A stretch of DNA of 64,000 bases from the human T2T-CHM13v2.0 reference genome, Homo sapiens (GCF_009914755.1 NC_060925.1); one strand, 5' to 3'; shown: positions 18,059 through 42,840, numbered from the stretch's first letter. Notes: generated by a model from the letters alone, not told the origin. Program-made: numbers and translations.

Positions 18059-18869
18059 CTCTATACTGGTTCTTATAACTTATTTGGGCTGGAAATCTCA
18101 TAGTTTTAACATAGATGAAGGGGTTATTTTCCTATAGATTTTGATTTTTTTGTTACATTCAATTTTTATTAAAGGGGAGTTGGAGTGGAAATACTTTTGC
18201 TCTGCATCTTCAAATACAAAAAATGAAACATTTCAAAAGACCTACCATGCCATAACTGAAATTTCTGTGGTTTGAAGAAATCTACCAAAAAAAAAAAATT
18301 GCTTCAACTATATATGTTTGATTTTTTTGTGAATTAGCTAAAAGTTTTGTAAGACTTTATATTAACTTTGGAAAGATGCGAAAAGCTTTTGAAAAGCAAA
18401 TGATTACATTTCTAGTTATTGTTTTGAATTCTAAAAGTGTGTGAATGACACAGGCAAATATAAGTGTAAAAACAAGGGTAAGAAAAGGAAAACCACAACT
18501 GATCTTTACATTCACTTTTAACTATTTTAAATAAGAATCATCAATGGAGTTCAATTTTATGGTCAGTGATAAGGAATTTAATTCACTTCAAGAAGAGAGC
18601 AAAAAATACTGCATTAGATTATGTAGGCATTTTAAAAATATATACTTTTGGTTAATATTTTTATATATTTTGGATTAACTAGAGAATCAAAGGTAAAATT
18701 ATCCTAAGGCCTAAGAAATTATTGGCCAGTTTCCACTAAATGATAAGTTTTCTGGAGAAAATGCAATACCTGTTTTATCTTTTTACCTCTCATATCTAGA
18801 ATTATACATTGCTGGTGGTGTGCATTGTACTGCTGTCAATTTGTGATAGAAATATTTAAACAATGTTTT

Positions 18870-19682
18870 GCATTTCTCTGATGGCCAGTGATGATGAGCA
18901 TTTTTTCATGTGTCTTTTGGCTGCATAAATGTCTTCTTTTGAGAAGTGTCTGTTCATATCCTTTGCCCACTTTTTGATGGGGTTGTTTGTTTATTTCTTG
19001 TAAATTTGTTTGAGTTCATTGTAGGCTGGAGAGGATGTGGAGAAATAGGAACACTTTTACACTGTTGGTGGGACTGTAAACTAGTTCAACCATTGTGGAA
19101 GTCAGTGTGGCGATTCATCAGGGATCTAGAACTAGAAATACCATTTGACCCAGCCATCCCATTACTGGGTATATACCCAAAGGACTATAAATCATGCTGC
19201 TATAAAGACACATGCACACGTATGTTTATTGCGGCACTATTCACAATAGCAAAGACTTGGAACCAACCCAAATGTCCATCAATGGTAGACTGGATTAAGA
19301 AAATGTGGCACATATACACCATGGAATACTATGCAGCCATATAAAAGGATGAGTTCATGTCCTTTGTAGGGACATGGATGAAACTGGAAATCATCATTCT
19401 CAGTAAACTATCACAAGGACAAAAAACCAAACACCACATATTCTCACTCATAGATGGGAATTGAACAATGAGAACACATGGACACAGGAAGGGGAACATC
19501 ACACTCTGGGGACTGTTGTGGGGTTGGGGGAGGGGGGAGGGTTTAGCATTAGGAGATATACCTAATGCTAAATGATGAGTTAATGGGTGCAGCACACCAG
19601 CATGGCACATGTATACATATGTACTAACCTGCACATTGTGCACATGTAACCTAAAACTTAAAGTATAATAATAATAAAACAA
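18870..19682 (+). mobile_element. 5'-truncated, 5'-inverted primate L1PA insertion with target-site duplication
   Basis: Antisense L1 18870-19024 joined to sense L1 19025-19682, ending in the G-rich tract and taataataataa tail; agaaatatttaaacaatgtttt is duplicated at 18848-18869 and 19683-19704. Confidence 0.92.
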
Positions 19683-20587
19683 AGAAATATTTAAACAATG
19701 TTTTTAAATAATATTCTCCTAATTAATTAGTATTTCTCAATTACAATGTCAGTGTTTTCTTTTCATTTATACTATGTCATTTGTCACTAAAGACCCTAAA
19801 TATTCTTTCTAATGAGTTAAAAGAACATGAATAGCAAATTTTCAGCAAAACAATACTTGTCAAACAGAAAGATGGAAAAAGAAATCCTATTTAGTTTAAA
19901 ATACAGAGAGGACTGACACTGATGGAATACAAATGTCTAAGAAAGAAGTGTACAGAATTCCTATAGTAACACTGAATTTTTGTAAAATATACCTCCAGGA
20001 ACAGAGGCTCCATTTTAGATATCATTGTGTGTGAAAAGCATTCTTTCTTAGCAAAGTTCCAATATTCCTCTTCAATTTCAATATGACATTTTATTCTAAG
20101 GTTAATAGATATTACTAATGTCCTAATTGTCCTAATATGTAGAATATCAGCTACAACAAGACAAGAAATATACAGCAGATAATTCTGTGGCTTTAATGTT
20201 ATTGCGAGACTAACAGAGAAATCAATTTGGACTCAATGTAAGATCTTCATACATTCAGTCCCAAATAAGTCCCAAATAAGGCATTGCCATTGTGAAAAAC
20301 TTTGAGTTTAGGTCTGGTAAGATAAGTTACTAAATATTAATAATAATCACAGCACTCTGTTAAGGCACATATCTCAAAATATGTCTAAAATGTAAACATT
20401 GTAACAAGTGCTATATATTTGGACAACATTATAAATACATTTGGATGACTGAGTGAAACATGTCGGTTTCCAGCAGAATTATTTATACGTGTGTGCCAGA
20501 GGACAGGGAGCTTGGAGCAGTTCTAGGCACTGAAGCAAGTTTAAAGCAACAACCCCAGACAGTCCAAAAAGGAGGTAAATAATGTGT

Positions 20588-20890
20588 GTTTTAGTCTGTT
20601 TGGGATACAATAACCAAATACCATAAATTGAGTGGCTTATAAAAGCAGAAATTTATTTTCCACAGTTCGGGAGGCTAAATTCAAAATCAAGCAGATTTTG
20701 TGTCTGGTGAAGACTAACTTCATAGTTCCTAGAGGGCAGCTTGTGGCTGTGTCCTCATTTGCTGGAAAAGGCAAGCATCTTATTCATAATAGCAGTAAAA
20801 AGAGTTCCACTCCCAAGTTCCTAATACTATGCCCTCAGGTGTTAAAATTTCAACATATTACATTTGGGGGTGCACATTCAGACCATAACA
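20588..20890. mobile_element. MaLR LTR (MLT1/MST-like)
   Basis: tgttttagtctgtttggg...aaataccataaattgagtggcttataaa...gaaatttatttt...acattcagaccataaca. Confidence 0.7.
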
Positions 20891-20997
20891 ATGTGTGATT
20901 ATTGAAATAATTCTAACAGTGTTGTCATTACTAACAGCTAATGATGGATTCATTGAGACTTCTGAAGTGTTCCTGCTTGCCTACAGGGTTTACTATA

Positions 20998-21028
<31 letters not shown>

Positions 21029-22227
21029 GCAAGGAAACTGCAATATATATATACTGTAATGTATATAGTAATATATTTCTTGTTCTGAGAATAAGACAAG
21101 ATCATGAGGTTGTATCCTAGAATGAAGTTTAATGCCTATAAGATTCCAAGAAACGTAATCCATGTAATCAGAAATGTTTTATTTCTTCATGGTGGATTTC
21201 TCGACATGATCAGAAGCTGTACTGATGGTATAATTCAACTAATGAGAAAGACTGCAAGAGTCAAGAACTTTCTTCTTCTCAAGAGATTGAGAAACCATTA
21301 GGGAAAAAATCTCATAAAGAAAGAAAGGCAAAACTTTGTCAAAGGATAAAGGACAACAAATGATTCTGAGATCTAAATAGTGTCTCTTGACCTCAGACTT
21401 GTTGTTCTTGTTGTTGTTGTTGCTTGGCAAGTCCACAGACTGATGGTTAAGGCCAGAGAAGGAAATTATGCATACAAACTGAAAATCTTTGTCATAAATT
21501 TGGATTAAAAAGCAACAATGATTTGAGACCTAACGTAGCACATCACTGTTGAGGGAAAGAGATTCTTCACAAACAAAACAAGACTTTGGCATACAAAGAG
21601 CTTCCACCCATCAGTAAGTAGATGAGTTCCATTAGTGGTTTTGCCGTGAAAGAAGAACTTCAATACAGCATGACCTTTTTACAAAAAGCATTAGCATCAG
21701 CAGGAAAGAGACTGTTCCTATACTGATTAAAAGGCAATTTCACCTGGCTGCTTAACAGGCACCTCAGGAGCCATAATATAAAGAAGGAACATAGCTGGTA
21801 CTGCATGATTCTGAGGAATATGTTCAGACATGAGATATGGTACCCAGCCCTTCAGATAGAGAATTTGGAGGCATTGAAAGCAAGCTGTAAGTGCCACAGT
21901 AATAAACGGTGTCAGTCTTAGACACACAATGAAACATAAAACTTGGAACTCATTTTCACTTAAATCTGGAAGTTAATACCTCACTCGAGAAACAAAGCTG
22001 CTCTTTAAAGAACACATTCTATTCAACAAGGCTGCACTTTCAGGGAGAATAACAGATTAATTACTCATGAGTCCAGGATATGATGAACAATTAAGATTAC
22101 GTGGAAATAGAAGACCCTGGAGACATAAAGGGACATGAGGGACATATATGTGTGAGAGAAGGTGAAAGTGAGTACAGAGAAAAACAGTTTTGGAGAAAGA
22201 CTACAGAACAAAAGAAGCAGTCAGTTA

Positions 22228-22447
22228 GGCTGGGTGCAGTGGCTTACGCCTGTAATCCCAGCACTTTGGGAGCCTGAGGCAGACGTATCAACTGAGGTCG
22301 AGAGTTTGAGACCAGCCTGATTAACACGAAGAAACCCCATCTCAGGATCCCTTGAACCCGGGAAGCGGAAATTGCAGTGAGCCAGGATCGTGCCATTGCA
22401 CCACAGCCTGGGCAACAAGAGTGAAACTCCATCTAAAAAAAAAAAGA
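22228..22447 (+). mobile_element. Alu with internal deletion
   Basis: The left arm ends at gaaaccccatctc and joins directly to aggatcccttgaacccggg; the linker and start of the right arm are missing; poly(A) tail present. Confidence 0.85.
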
Positions 22448-23599
22448 AGCAATTGGTGTTAGGATAAATGCTTTGGCTTTTGAATGACAAATACAATCGA
22501 GCTGACTGAAGTACAAAGAAATCTGTTAGGCTTTCTAACTGGGATACGTAGGGATACAATATATTAGACCTAACTCCAACACACAGCCTGGAGTAAAGCC
22601 CAGGCAAACTGCAATATGAAGCAGAACTGCCCTTAAATAACCTGGAAATTTGGGAGAAAAAAATATGTTGTTTAACGTTACTGAGAATTTAAGGTTGTTT
22701 TGTAACATTATTGCAGCAGAAAATTAAATATTAAACATTTTTATCTACTTATGAGTTACATTCAACTCATTAAATGTACCAAAAATGCTTGGGGAAATAG
22801 TAACAAAATTTCCACATGTGATTAGATTATTTCACAGTACTCTTTTAAAAATTTTAATTTTTTAACATTTCAAAAACATTTCCCATGTAAGATATTAAAA
22901 TAAAATATATAAAAATATCACATTTTAAATTTTATTTTCTATACTTGAATTTAAAGGCAACATTTTATGGCTGTATAAATGTTTTCAAGCCTGCTAGGAC
23001 AGGGAGGAAAAAGGTGGAACAGGCGTTGATCTCACCTCAATCCACTGAAACTTAAGACAGAAAACCTCACTGAGAGTTTTTCTACACTGGGTTCCACATA
23101 ACATTTCAATTTTCCATGGGGCAAGAAGGTGAGATTATTTTTCTACGTTAAAAAGTAAGTTTGTAACCTTCTTTACTACATAGTCATCTTACACAAAAAA
23201 TTTTTAAAAATCTTCTTACTACTAAAAGTAATTTGTTTGTGTATCTCTTAATTAAATCTAAATATAGTTTAAAAACAATAATTATGCTAAATTAGACATC
23301 ATAGAGGAAATATCTCCTTTCTTCATAGCATAGGTAATCACAGTATGAAAAAACGCTTTTTCCTATAACTCCTATAATCATATCATTTCCAGAAGATGTC
23401 CTGTGTTAAAAAATCTCAGTGTGATGTTAATAACAAATGGCATATTTTAATCCACTAAAGAGAGATCTATATCTCCTGCCATCTTTGAAAGTTTATATCT
23501 ATAATTTTTTTCTTTCCAAAGCTGTGATTATTCCAACACACTATGATAACTTAAAAGTTATCAATGTAAAATATTTTGGTTCACTGGGAAGGATACACC

Positions 23600-24653
23600 T
23601 TTTTAAATTTTTAATTGTTGTTGGTACATTGCAGGTGTATAAACTTACAGGGCATGTGTCATATTTTGATACAGGCAGACAATGTGTAATAATAACATTA
23701 GGGTAAATGGGTTATCCATCACCACAAGCATTTATCCTTTATGTTACAATCCAATTATATTCTTTTATTTATTTTAAAATGCACAATTAAGTTGTTATTG
23801 ACTATAGTCACCCTGTTGTGCTGTCAAATACTAGGTCTTTTTCATTCTTCTGTTTTCTATACCCATTGAACATTCCCACTTGCTTCCCATCCACCCTTCT
23901 CAGCCTCTAGTAACCATCTTTCTACTCTTTATGACCATGAGTTCCACTGTTTGTATTTCTAGCTCCCACAAATAAATGAGAACATGTGATGTTTGTCTTT
24001 CTGGGCCTGGCTTATTTTACTTCACATAATAATGTACAGTTCCATCTATGTTGTTGCAAATGACAGGATCTCATTTTTTTTTATAGCTGAATAGTACTCC
24101 ATTGTATGTATGTACCACATTTTCTTTATCCATTCATCTGTTGATGGATATTTAGGTTGTTTCCAAGTCTTAGCTATTGTGAACAGGGCTGGAATAAACA
24201 TGGGAGTGCAGATATCATTTCAATATACTGATTTTCTTACTTTTGGGTATATACCTAGCTGTGAGATTGCTGGATCACATCATAGCTCTATTTTTAGTTT
24301 TTTGATGAACCTCCAAACTGTTTTCCATAGCAGCTGTACTAATTTACATAACCATAAAAAGTGTATGATGGTTCACTTTACTCCACATCCTCACCAGCAA
24401 TCCTTATTGCCTGTCTTTATATAAAAGCCATTTTAACTGGGGTGAGATAATATCTCATTGTAGTTATTATTTGTATTTCTCTGATCGATGATGTTGAGCA
24501 CATTTTCATTTGCTTGTTTGCCATATGTCTGTCTGCTTTTGAGAAATGTCTATTTAAATCTTTTGCCCACTTTTTGATCCAACTATTAGATATGTTTCCT
24601 CTAGAATTGTTTGAGCTGCTTAGATATTCTGGTTATCAATTACTTGTCAGATG
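23600..24653 (-). mobile_element. L1 3' region (L1MA/L1PB-like)
   Basis: ttctttatccattcatctgttgatgga, gctgaatagtactccattgt, tttgagaaatgtctatt. Confidence 0.8.
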
Positions 24654-24820
24654 TGTGAAAGGACAATATACTGGGCCCCTGAAATCACTAGGGAAAATTC
24701 AAGCGGGAAACTGCCTAGGACAAACCTTCCTCCCATTCTACTCAAAGTCACTCCTCTGCTCACTGAGATAGATACATATCTGATTTTATTCCTTTGGAAA
24801 GGCTAAGCAGAAACTCAAAA
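24654..24820 (+). mobile_element. MER4-group ERV1 LTR fragment
   Basis: tgtgaaagga...gggcccc..aaatcacta...cccattctactcaaagtca.tcctctgctcactgagata...cagaaactcaaaa resembles the MER4A 5' end as recalled; an antisense paralog lies at ~63854-64000. Confidence 0.7.
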
Positions 24821-25104
24821 TACCAGGGGATTTCAAGATTTCAGTCTAAACCTTCACCCAGTAAGTGCTTTTTGTCCCACAATAACAGTCATTCATGGTA
24901 CTCTATGAAAAGATATTTCATCCCGAGTGAATACCCTCATCCCTCTCCATTTTAGTTGCTTTTCCTTCATGTAAAAGCTCACCACTGCTAAATGAATTTG
25001 AACAGTTTATTAATGAGACAAGTTAATTTTCTACAGCTGGGAGGCATATATAGTGACAGTCTGTTAAACCTCAAACCTCTCTTTCTAGCTTCTGCCTGGA
25101 AGAA

Positions 25105-36649
<11,545 letters not shown>

Positions 36650-36684
36650 TTTGCTTTGAAGTTGTCAGTGTCCTTTCCAGAAAC

Positions 36685-36692
36685 TATTTATA
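36685..36692 (-). promoter_or_regulatory. TATA box (TATAAATA) of the ancestral pancreatic-type proximal promoter, just inside a splice acceptor
   Basis: The minus strand reads ttcttacag|gaaTATAAATAgtttctgg, 36 nt upstream of the ATG; acceptor AG at 36697-36696. Confidence 0.7.
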
Positions 36693-36861
36693 TTCCTGTA
36701 AGAAGCACATTTTACAATGTAAATAGTAGCATGAATAAATACTTGAGGGCAAACTGTTTATTCATAATCTGAAAAGGATTATCAATAATAATCCTAACTG
36801 GTGAAGAACATCAAAAAGTCTCTCATGGAAATCATCTCAATGACCTCTTAGACATTAATGT

Positions 36862-37454
36862 TTCTTTTCTTTTCTTTTTTTTTTTTTTTTGCATATGGTA
36901 GCACTTTTATTTTTCCTTACACAATGACATGTTGCTGTGGCCTAATGTTCTCACATAACAGCAGAAAACCAAAATTTGTTGTCAACTCTTAAAAGATCGA
37001 GAATTGCATACTAAAAAACTTTACATAAATTAAAAGGATGAATACATTTACCGGTATAAATGCGAACCGCTTCCAACTCAAGGCAAGTAACAGCCCACGG
37101 TGCTCTGGTAGATAACGTAAGCTAAGAAAGGAAACTGGGTCCTATGGCTTGGACTTTCCAACCCTGACAGACCGACAAGACGGAAACAACTGGTTCAGGA
37201 GCCCTTCCCAGCCTCTAGATAAATCTCAGAACACTCAGCCCTGACACATTAATACCCTGCACGGATCAGAGACTGCTGACCACACAGACTCACCAAGCCA
37301 GACTTGTCTTCCACAAGCACGTTTTTAGCCATGAAGTGACCAAGCCACGTGTACTAAACACTGACATCAAAGGTATGTACAGATACCAAGGGGAAGAGTT
37401 AACTTGAATGCCAGGCCAAAATCAGCAACAAGTTCTACAATCCAGTGCTGATAT
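36862..37454 (-). pseudogene. Gamma-actin (ACTG1) processed pseudogene, distal 3'UTR with poly(A)
   Basis: T-tract 36862-36890, AATAAA at 36906-36911 (-), and sequence matching the ACTG1 3'UTR (gtgtcagggctgagtgttctg, gggttggaaagtccaagcc, gacaacaaattttggttttct). Confidence 0.9.
37052..37256 (-). other. Untranslated first exon of the salivary transcript, exapted from the gamma-actin pseudogene 3'UTR
   Basis: Donor ccg|gtaaat at 37052/37051 pairs with the acceptor at 36696. AMY1 transcription is known to start in the actin pseudogene. The 5' end is approximate, taken from memory of the mRNA. Confidence 0.65.
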
Positions 37455-37903
37455 TGAGAAGAGAGAAAGACCCTGTCCTCTTGTTTTATATTGTTTTCTA
37501 TTCAGTAAAAACAACAAGGAAGCAAAATCAAAGGCACAAAACCAGGCCTGGGCCTGGTTGGCCTAAACCCAGTAGTTACAAATCAACTTATGATTTAGAA
37601 GCCGATGTTATTCATAGATTCCAGACATTGTATAGAAGAACATTGTGAAACTCCCTTCCATATTCTGTTTCTCCCTGACCACGGGTGCATGTAGTCCTTG
37701 TCGCATATCCCTGGCTTGTTCAAATCAATCACGACCCTTTCATGTGACATCTTTAGTGCTGTGTGCCCTTAAAAGGGACAGAAATTGTGCACTTGGGGAG
37801 CTCGGATTTTGAGACAGTAGCTATCCGATGCTCCCAGGTGAATAACACCCTTCCTTCTACAACTCGGTGTCTGAGAGTTTTGTCTGCCGCTTGTCCTGCT
37901 ACA
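37455..37903 (+). repeat. HERV-E 5' LTR (LTR2B-like)
   Basis: tgagaagagagaaagaccc...gtcctgctaca, 449 nt; diverged direct repeat of 44827-45295. Confidence 0.92.
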
Positions 37904-37908
37904 TTTCT

Positions 37909-37926
37909 TGGTTCCCTGACCTGGAA
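37909..37926 (+). promoter_or_regulatory. Primer-binding site complementary to tRNA-Glu
   Basis: tggttccctgacctggaa versus the expected TGGTTCCCTGACCGGGAA (17/18), 5 nt after the LTR end. Confidence 0.88.
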
Positions 37927-38269
37927 GCAAGATAACTGATGGACGGCCGAGGCAGCTCCTTAGGCAGATTAGGCATGCCTTGTGGAGTAAGGCCGGGGCA
38001 TCCCTCAGGCTGCCAGGGACTCTGGCCAGCCTGAGGGATGGGATCCAAAGAGCGCTCCCAGGTAGGAAATGGCCCCGGTTGAACGCCTCGCCAGAGCAGT
38101 GATCCCCGCGGAGGATTAACACAGTGGCTGAACACCAGGAAGGAACTGGCACTTGGAGTCCAGACATCTGAAACTTAGTAAGACAAGTCTTTTCAACTTG
38201 CCCCACTCCACCTGAGCGGAAGCTTGGCCTGATCGCTCATGGTGTGCCTGCACCCATATCAATTTCCAT

Positions 38270-39600
38270 ATAGAGATTCCTAGTTACAGCTAGTTTTAGA
38301 TCCTCTACAGTGGTAAAAGGACAGGCAGCAGCAGTAGTAGTAGCAAAGGGACATTTATTTCAGGAAAGTTCTCGCTCCACCGGCCAAGAGAAGCCAGCAC
38401 CTAAAGTTCTGTTTGACCCAGAGCTCGAGGACTCAAGGCAGGAGATGGCACCAACAGTGCCCTCAACCCCTTATCCAGTGGGGAGGCCCCCTTCTCCTGA
38501 GCCCACAGCCCCTAGACCACCCAGAGTAGACAAGAACAAAAGTGAAACTGCGGGAAAATCCACTTCCCTGGCAGCCCGCTTAACGGCCCAAGACGGGAAT
38601 TCAAATGCCCTGAGAGAGCAGCGATATACTAGGACAGATGAGGTCAGACATACGGTAGAAAGGCATGCTTTTGTGTATCACCCTTTTACCTCTGCTGAAC
38701 TACTCAACTGGAAAAATAACACTCCATCTTACACTGAAAAGCCTCAAGCCCTAATTGACTTGCTTCAAAGAATTATCCAGACTCAGAATCCTACTTAGGC
38801 TGATTGCCACCAGCTACTCATGTACCTCTTTAAAACACATAAAAGGCAACAGGTGCTGCAGGCAACAGTTAAATGGCTGGAGGAGCACATCCCAGCCAAT
38901 TATCAAAGTCCCCAAGAATACATAAGAATTCAGCTGCCAGGAACGGACCCTCAATAGGATCCAAATGAAGGACCAGATATGGAAAGGCTAAGAGGGTACC
39001 GAGAGGCATTAATTGAAAGGTTGAAAAAAGGGGCTCAAAAGGGTACCAATGTAAATAAAGTTTCTGAAGTCATCCAAGGAAAGGAGGAAAGCCCAGCCCA
39101 GTTCTATCAAAGACCGTGTGAGGCCTATTGCATGTACACTCCTTTCGATCTGGAGAGTCCTGAAAATCAGCTGTTGATTAATACGGCCTTAGTTATTCAG
39201 AGTGCAGAAGATATCCAGAGAAAATTGCAAAAACAGGCTAGGTTTGCAGGAATGAAAACCTTGCAGTTACTGGAAAGAGCTAATGAAGTATTTGTAAATA
39301 GAGATGCAACAAGCGGCCAAGAAAGCCGTAAGGAGGGCGAACGCCAGGCCAGGTGAAACGCTAGTTTGCTGGCTGTGACAATTAGAGGAATTCTCCTGAA
39401 AAGGCAGAAAAAAGGGGGTTCTGGGAGGAATGCCCTGTCCAATCACTCACATTTGCAGCATGACTAATGTGCCTACTGTAAAGAAATAGGACATTAGAAA
39501 GATAAATGTCCCCAACTCAAAGAAAATCAGAGTGATGCAGAGCCAAAGACCTCAAACCAAGATGAAAGGATTTTGTTCAATCTAGCTGAGGGGCTGCTAG
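38270..39600 (+). pseudogene. gag: HERV-E gag, disrupted
   Basis: LLNWKNNTPSYTEKPQALIDLL (capsid), QGKEESPAQFY (MHR), CAYCKEIGH*KDKC zinc knuckle at 39468; several stop codons. Confidence 0.88.
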
Positions 39601-42600
39601 AATTAAGGGGAACAGGCTCAAATGCCCCCAAGGAGCCCATGGTCAGGATGACAATAAGGGGCAAAGACATTAAGTTTTTAGTGGATACAAGAGCCGAACA
39701 CTCAGTAGTAAGCACTCCAGTGGCCCCCTCATCTATAAAGACCATTGATAGAATTAGAGCAACAGGAGTCTCTACCAAGCAGGACTTCTGTCTACCGCGC
39801 AACTGCTCAGTGGGAGGACACAAAGTGATTTATCCATTTCTGTATATGTCTGACTGTCCCTTGCCTTTGTTGAGAAGAGACTTGCTTAGCAAGTTAAGAG
39901 CCACCATTTCCTTGACAAAACAAGGCACTTTACAGCTGGAGTTGCCAGAAATAGGAGTCATCATGGCCCTTCCAGTCCCCCAGGAAGAAGAGTGGAGACT
40001 TTTGCTAACTGAGCCAGCTCAGGAAATAAAAGTGGCTCCAGCTGAGTGACGGCTCTGAGTAGAGATGGAGGACAATCCTCTGAGGCTGGCAATCAATCAA
40101 GCCCCCGTACTCATAGAAGTTTAGCCTACGACCTAGCCAATTGGACAAAAGCCGTATCCTGTTCCCAGGGAAGCCTTTAAAGGAATAGAGACTCATCTTA
40201 TATGCTTAAAAGCCTCTGGAATTCTAGTTCCTTGCCAGTCTCCATGGAACACCCACCTCCTACCTGTCCCTAAACCAAGGACCAAAGACTATCGACCCGT
40301 ACAGGACTTGAAAGATGCCTTCTTCACATCAGGCTAGTTCCTGAGAGCCAAAAGCTGTTTGCCTTTCAGTAGGAAGATCCGGAGTCAGATGTCACCATTC
40401 AGTACACTTAGACTCGACTTTCCCAAAGGTTCAAAAAGTCCCCCACCATCTTTGGGGAGGCCTCGGTTGGAGACCTCCAAATGTTTCCTGCTAAAGACCT
40501 AGGTTGCATCCTGCTCCAGTATGTAGATGACCTTCTGCTAGGACACTCCATGGCAGTCAGGTGTGCAAAAAGGACGGGTGCCCTGCTTCGACACCTGGAG
40601 GACTGTGGATATAAAGTGCCCAAAAAGAAAGCTCAGATCTGCAGACAGCAGGTACACTACCTAGGATTCACTATTTGAAAAGGGGAGTGCAGTCTATGGT
40701 CAGCAAGAAAGCAGGTCATCTGCAGCTTACCAGAACCTAAAACCAGGAGGCAAATAAGAGAACATTTAGGAGCTGTGAGATTTTTGCAGACTGCAGATTC
40801 CAAACTTTGTGGTGTTAGCCAAAGCATTGAATGGAGTTATAAAGGGGGTGACCGAGAGCCTTTTAAATAGAGGTCTCTACAACAACAAGACTTATAAGTT
40901 AAAAGAAAAACTTATGTCAGCCCAAGCTGACTCTAATGTAACTCTAAGGAACACCAAAAGACACCATTGGCTAACAAATGCTACATTAACTAAACACCAA
41001 AGCTTGTTATGTGAAAATCAATGTATAACCATAGAAGTCTGTAATTCTTTAAATCCTGCCACTTTGCTCCCAGTATCAGACAGCCCTGTTAAACATAACT
41101 GTGTAGAGGTGTTGGACTATGTCTATTCTAGCAGACCAGATCTTTGAGACCAGCCATAGGCATTGGTAGATTAGGAGTTCTACATGGACAGAAGCAGCTT
41201 CATCAACCCGCAAAGAGAAAGGTGTGCAGGATATGCAGTAGTAAACTTAGATGATGTTGTTGAAGCTAAGCCATTGCCTCAGAGCACTTCAGCCCAAAAA
41301 GCAGAACTCATTCCTCTAACTCGGGCTCTGGAACTCAGTGAACCTAAGATTGTAAACATCTATACTGATTCTTGATATGCCTTTCTAACCCTTCAAGTAT
41401 GTGAAGCATTGTATAAGGAAAAAATTCTAGAGGAAAAGACATAAAATGTCAGCAAGAAATTCTACAATGATTAGAAGCAGTGTAGAAACCCCAAAAGGTG
41501 GCATTCATGCATTGCAGGGGATATCAGCGAGTTTCCGCTTCGGTTTGCCAAGGAAAGCCCTGAGCAGACACAGAGGCAGGAAAAGCAGCATCTACTCCTT
41601 ACCAGACATCAGTCACAGCCCTGCTACTCCTTCAAATGCTTGATCTGGTGCCAACTTATTCTAAAGAGGAAAAAGAATTTTTTCAGACAGAGAGAGGACA
41701 AACAATAAAGGAAAGATACATAAAGTTACCAGATGGAAGAATAGCAGTGCCACCGCTGCTATACAGTCATGCTGACTGTATGTGAAACTACCCATTGAGG
41801 CCAAGAATCACTTGAAAAGCTGTTAGGCCAGTATTTCTACATCTCACCCTTGCCAGCTGTTGCTACAACAGTAGCGCAGTGATGCCTTACCTGTGGACAG
41901 CACAATGCGAAGCAAGGCCCCTCTGTACCTCGGGGAATAGAAGCCTCTGGAGCAGCTCATTTTGAAGATCTTCAAGTGGACTTCACAGAAATGCCTAAAT
42001 GTAGAAGTAACAAGTATTTACTGGTTCTAGTGTTTACTTACTCTAAGTAGGTGGAGGCTTATCCAACATGAACTGAAAAAGCTCCTGAAGTAACCTGTGT
42101 ACTTCTTCAAAATTTCATCCCTAGGTTTGGACTGCCTCTACGAATTGGCTCAAATAATAGGCCAGCATTTGTTGCTGACTTGATACAGAAGACGGCAAAG
42201 GTATTAAGAATTTCATAGAAGTTACATGCCGTTTACCAACCTTAGAGTTCCGGAAAGTGCAGCAAATGAATCGAACTATCAGAAAAAGTTTCTGGAAAGT
42301 ATGTCAAGAAACAAATTTAAAATAGACACAAGTCCTTCCTATAGTATTGTTTAAAATTAAGTGTACCCCTTCTAAGAGAACAGCATACTCCCCCTTTGAA
42401 ATTCTGTATCATAGGCCTCCTCCCATACTGGGAGGGCTTCCAGGTACTCCCCAAGAGTTAGGTGAGATTGCATTACAGCGGCAGCTACAGGCCTTAGGGA
42501 AAATTACTCAGACTATCTCAACTTGAGTAAATGAGAGGTGCCCAGGCAGCTGATTCTCCCCAGTTCACCCTTTTTCTCCAGGTGACATTGTGTGGATCAA

Positions 42601-42840
42601 GGACTGGAACGTGGCTCCGCTGTGGCCACAGTGGAAAGGACCCCAGACAATTAACCTGACCACTCCCACAGCTGTCAATGTAGAAGGAATCCCAGCCTAG
42701 ATTCACCACAGCCTCATGAAGCCTGCAGCCGCTGAGACCTAGGAGGCCAAACCAAACTTGGACAATCCCTGAAAAGTGACCTTGAAGAAAATGACAAGCC
42801 CTGCTCCAATCACACCACGAAGCTGACTAGACTACACATG
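39601..42840 (+). pseudogene. pol: HERV-E pro-pol, disrupted (protease, RT, RNase H, integrase)
   Basis: FLVDTRAEHS (protease), LLQYVDDLLL (RT), DRSSF...SAQKAELI..LTRALEL...NIYTDS (RNase H), FEDLQVDFTEMP and WKGPQT (integrase); stops, frameshifts and apparent deletions. Confidence 0.88.

Noticed and set aside
17612-19682. ORFs of 117-132 aa in the spacer
   Set aside because: They are translations of antisense Alu and L1 3' sequence, not genes.
36815-36850. Possible PTF1-type pancreatic enhancer (tttccatgagag on -) upstream of AMY1B
   Set aside because: It resembles amylase enhancer motifs from memory, but no canonical E-box plus TC-box pair is evident, so I did not call it.
38310-41375. Several 60-160 aa gag/pro/pol ORFs suggesting an active retrovirus
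   Set aside because: They are fragments between stops and frameshifts; the protease motif is DTR rather than DTG and the zinc knuckle contains a stop.
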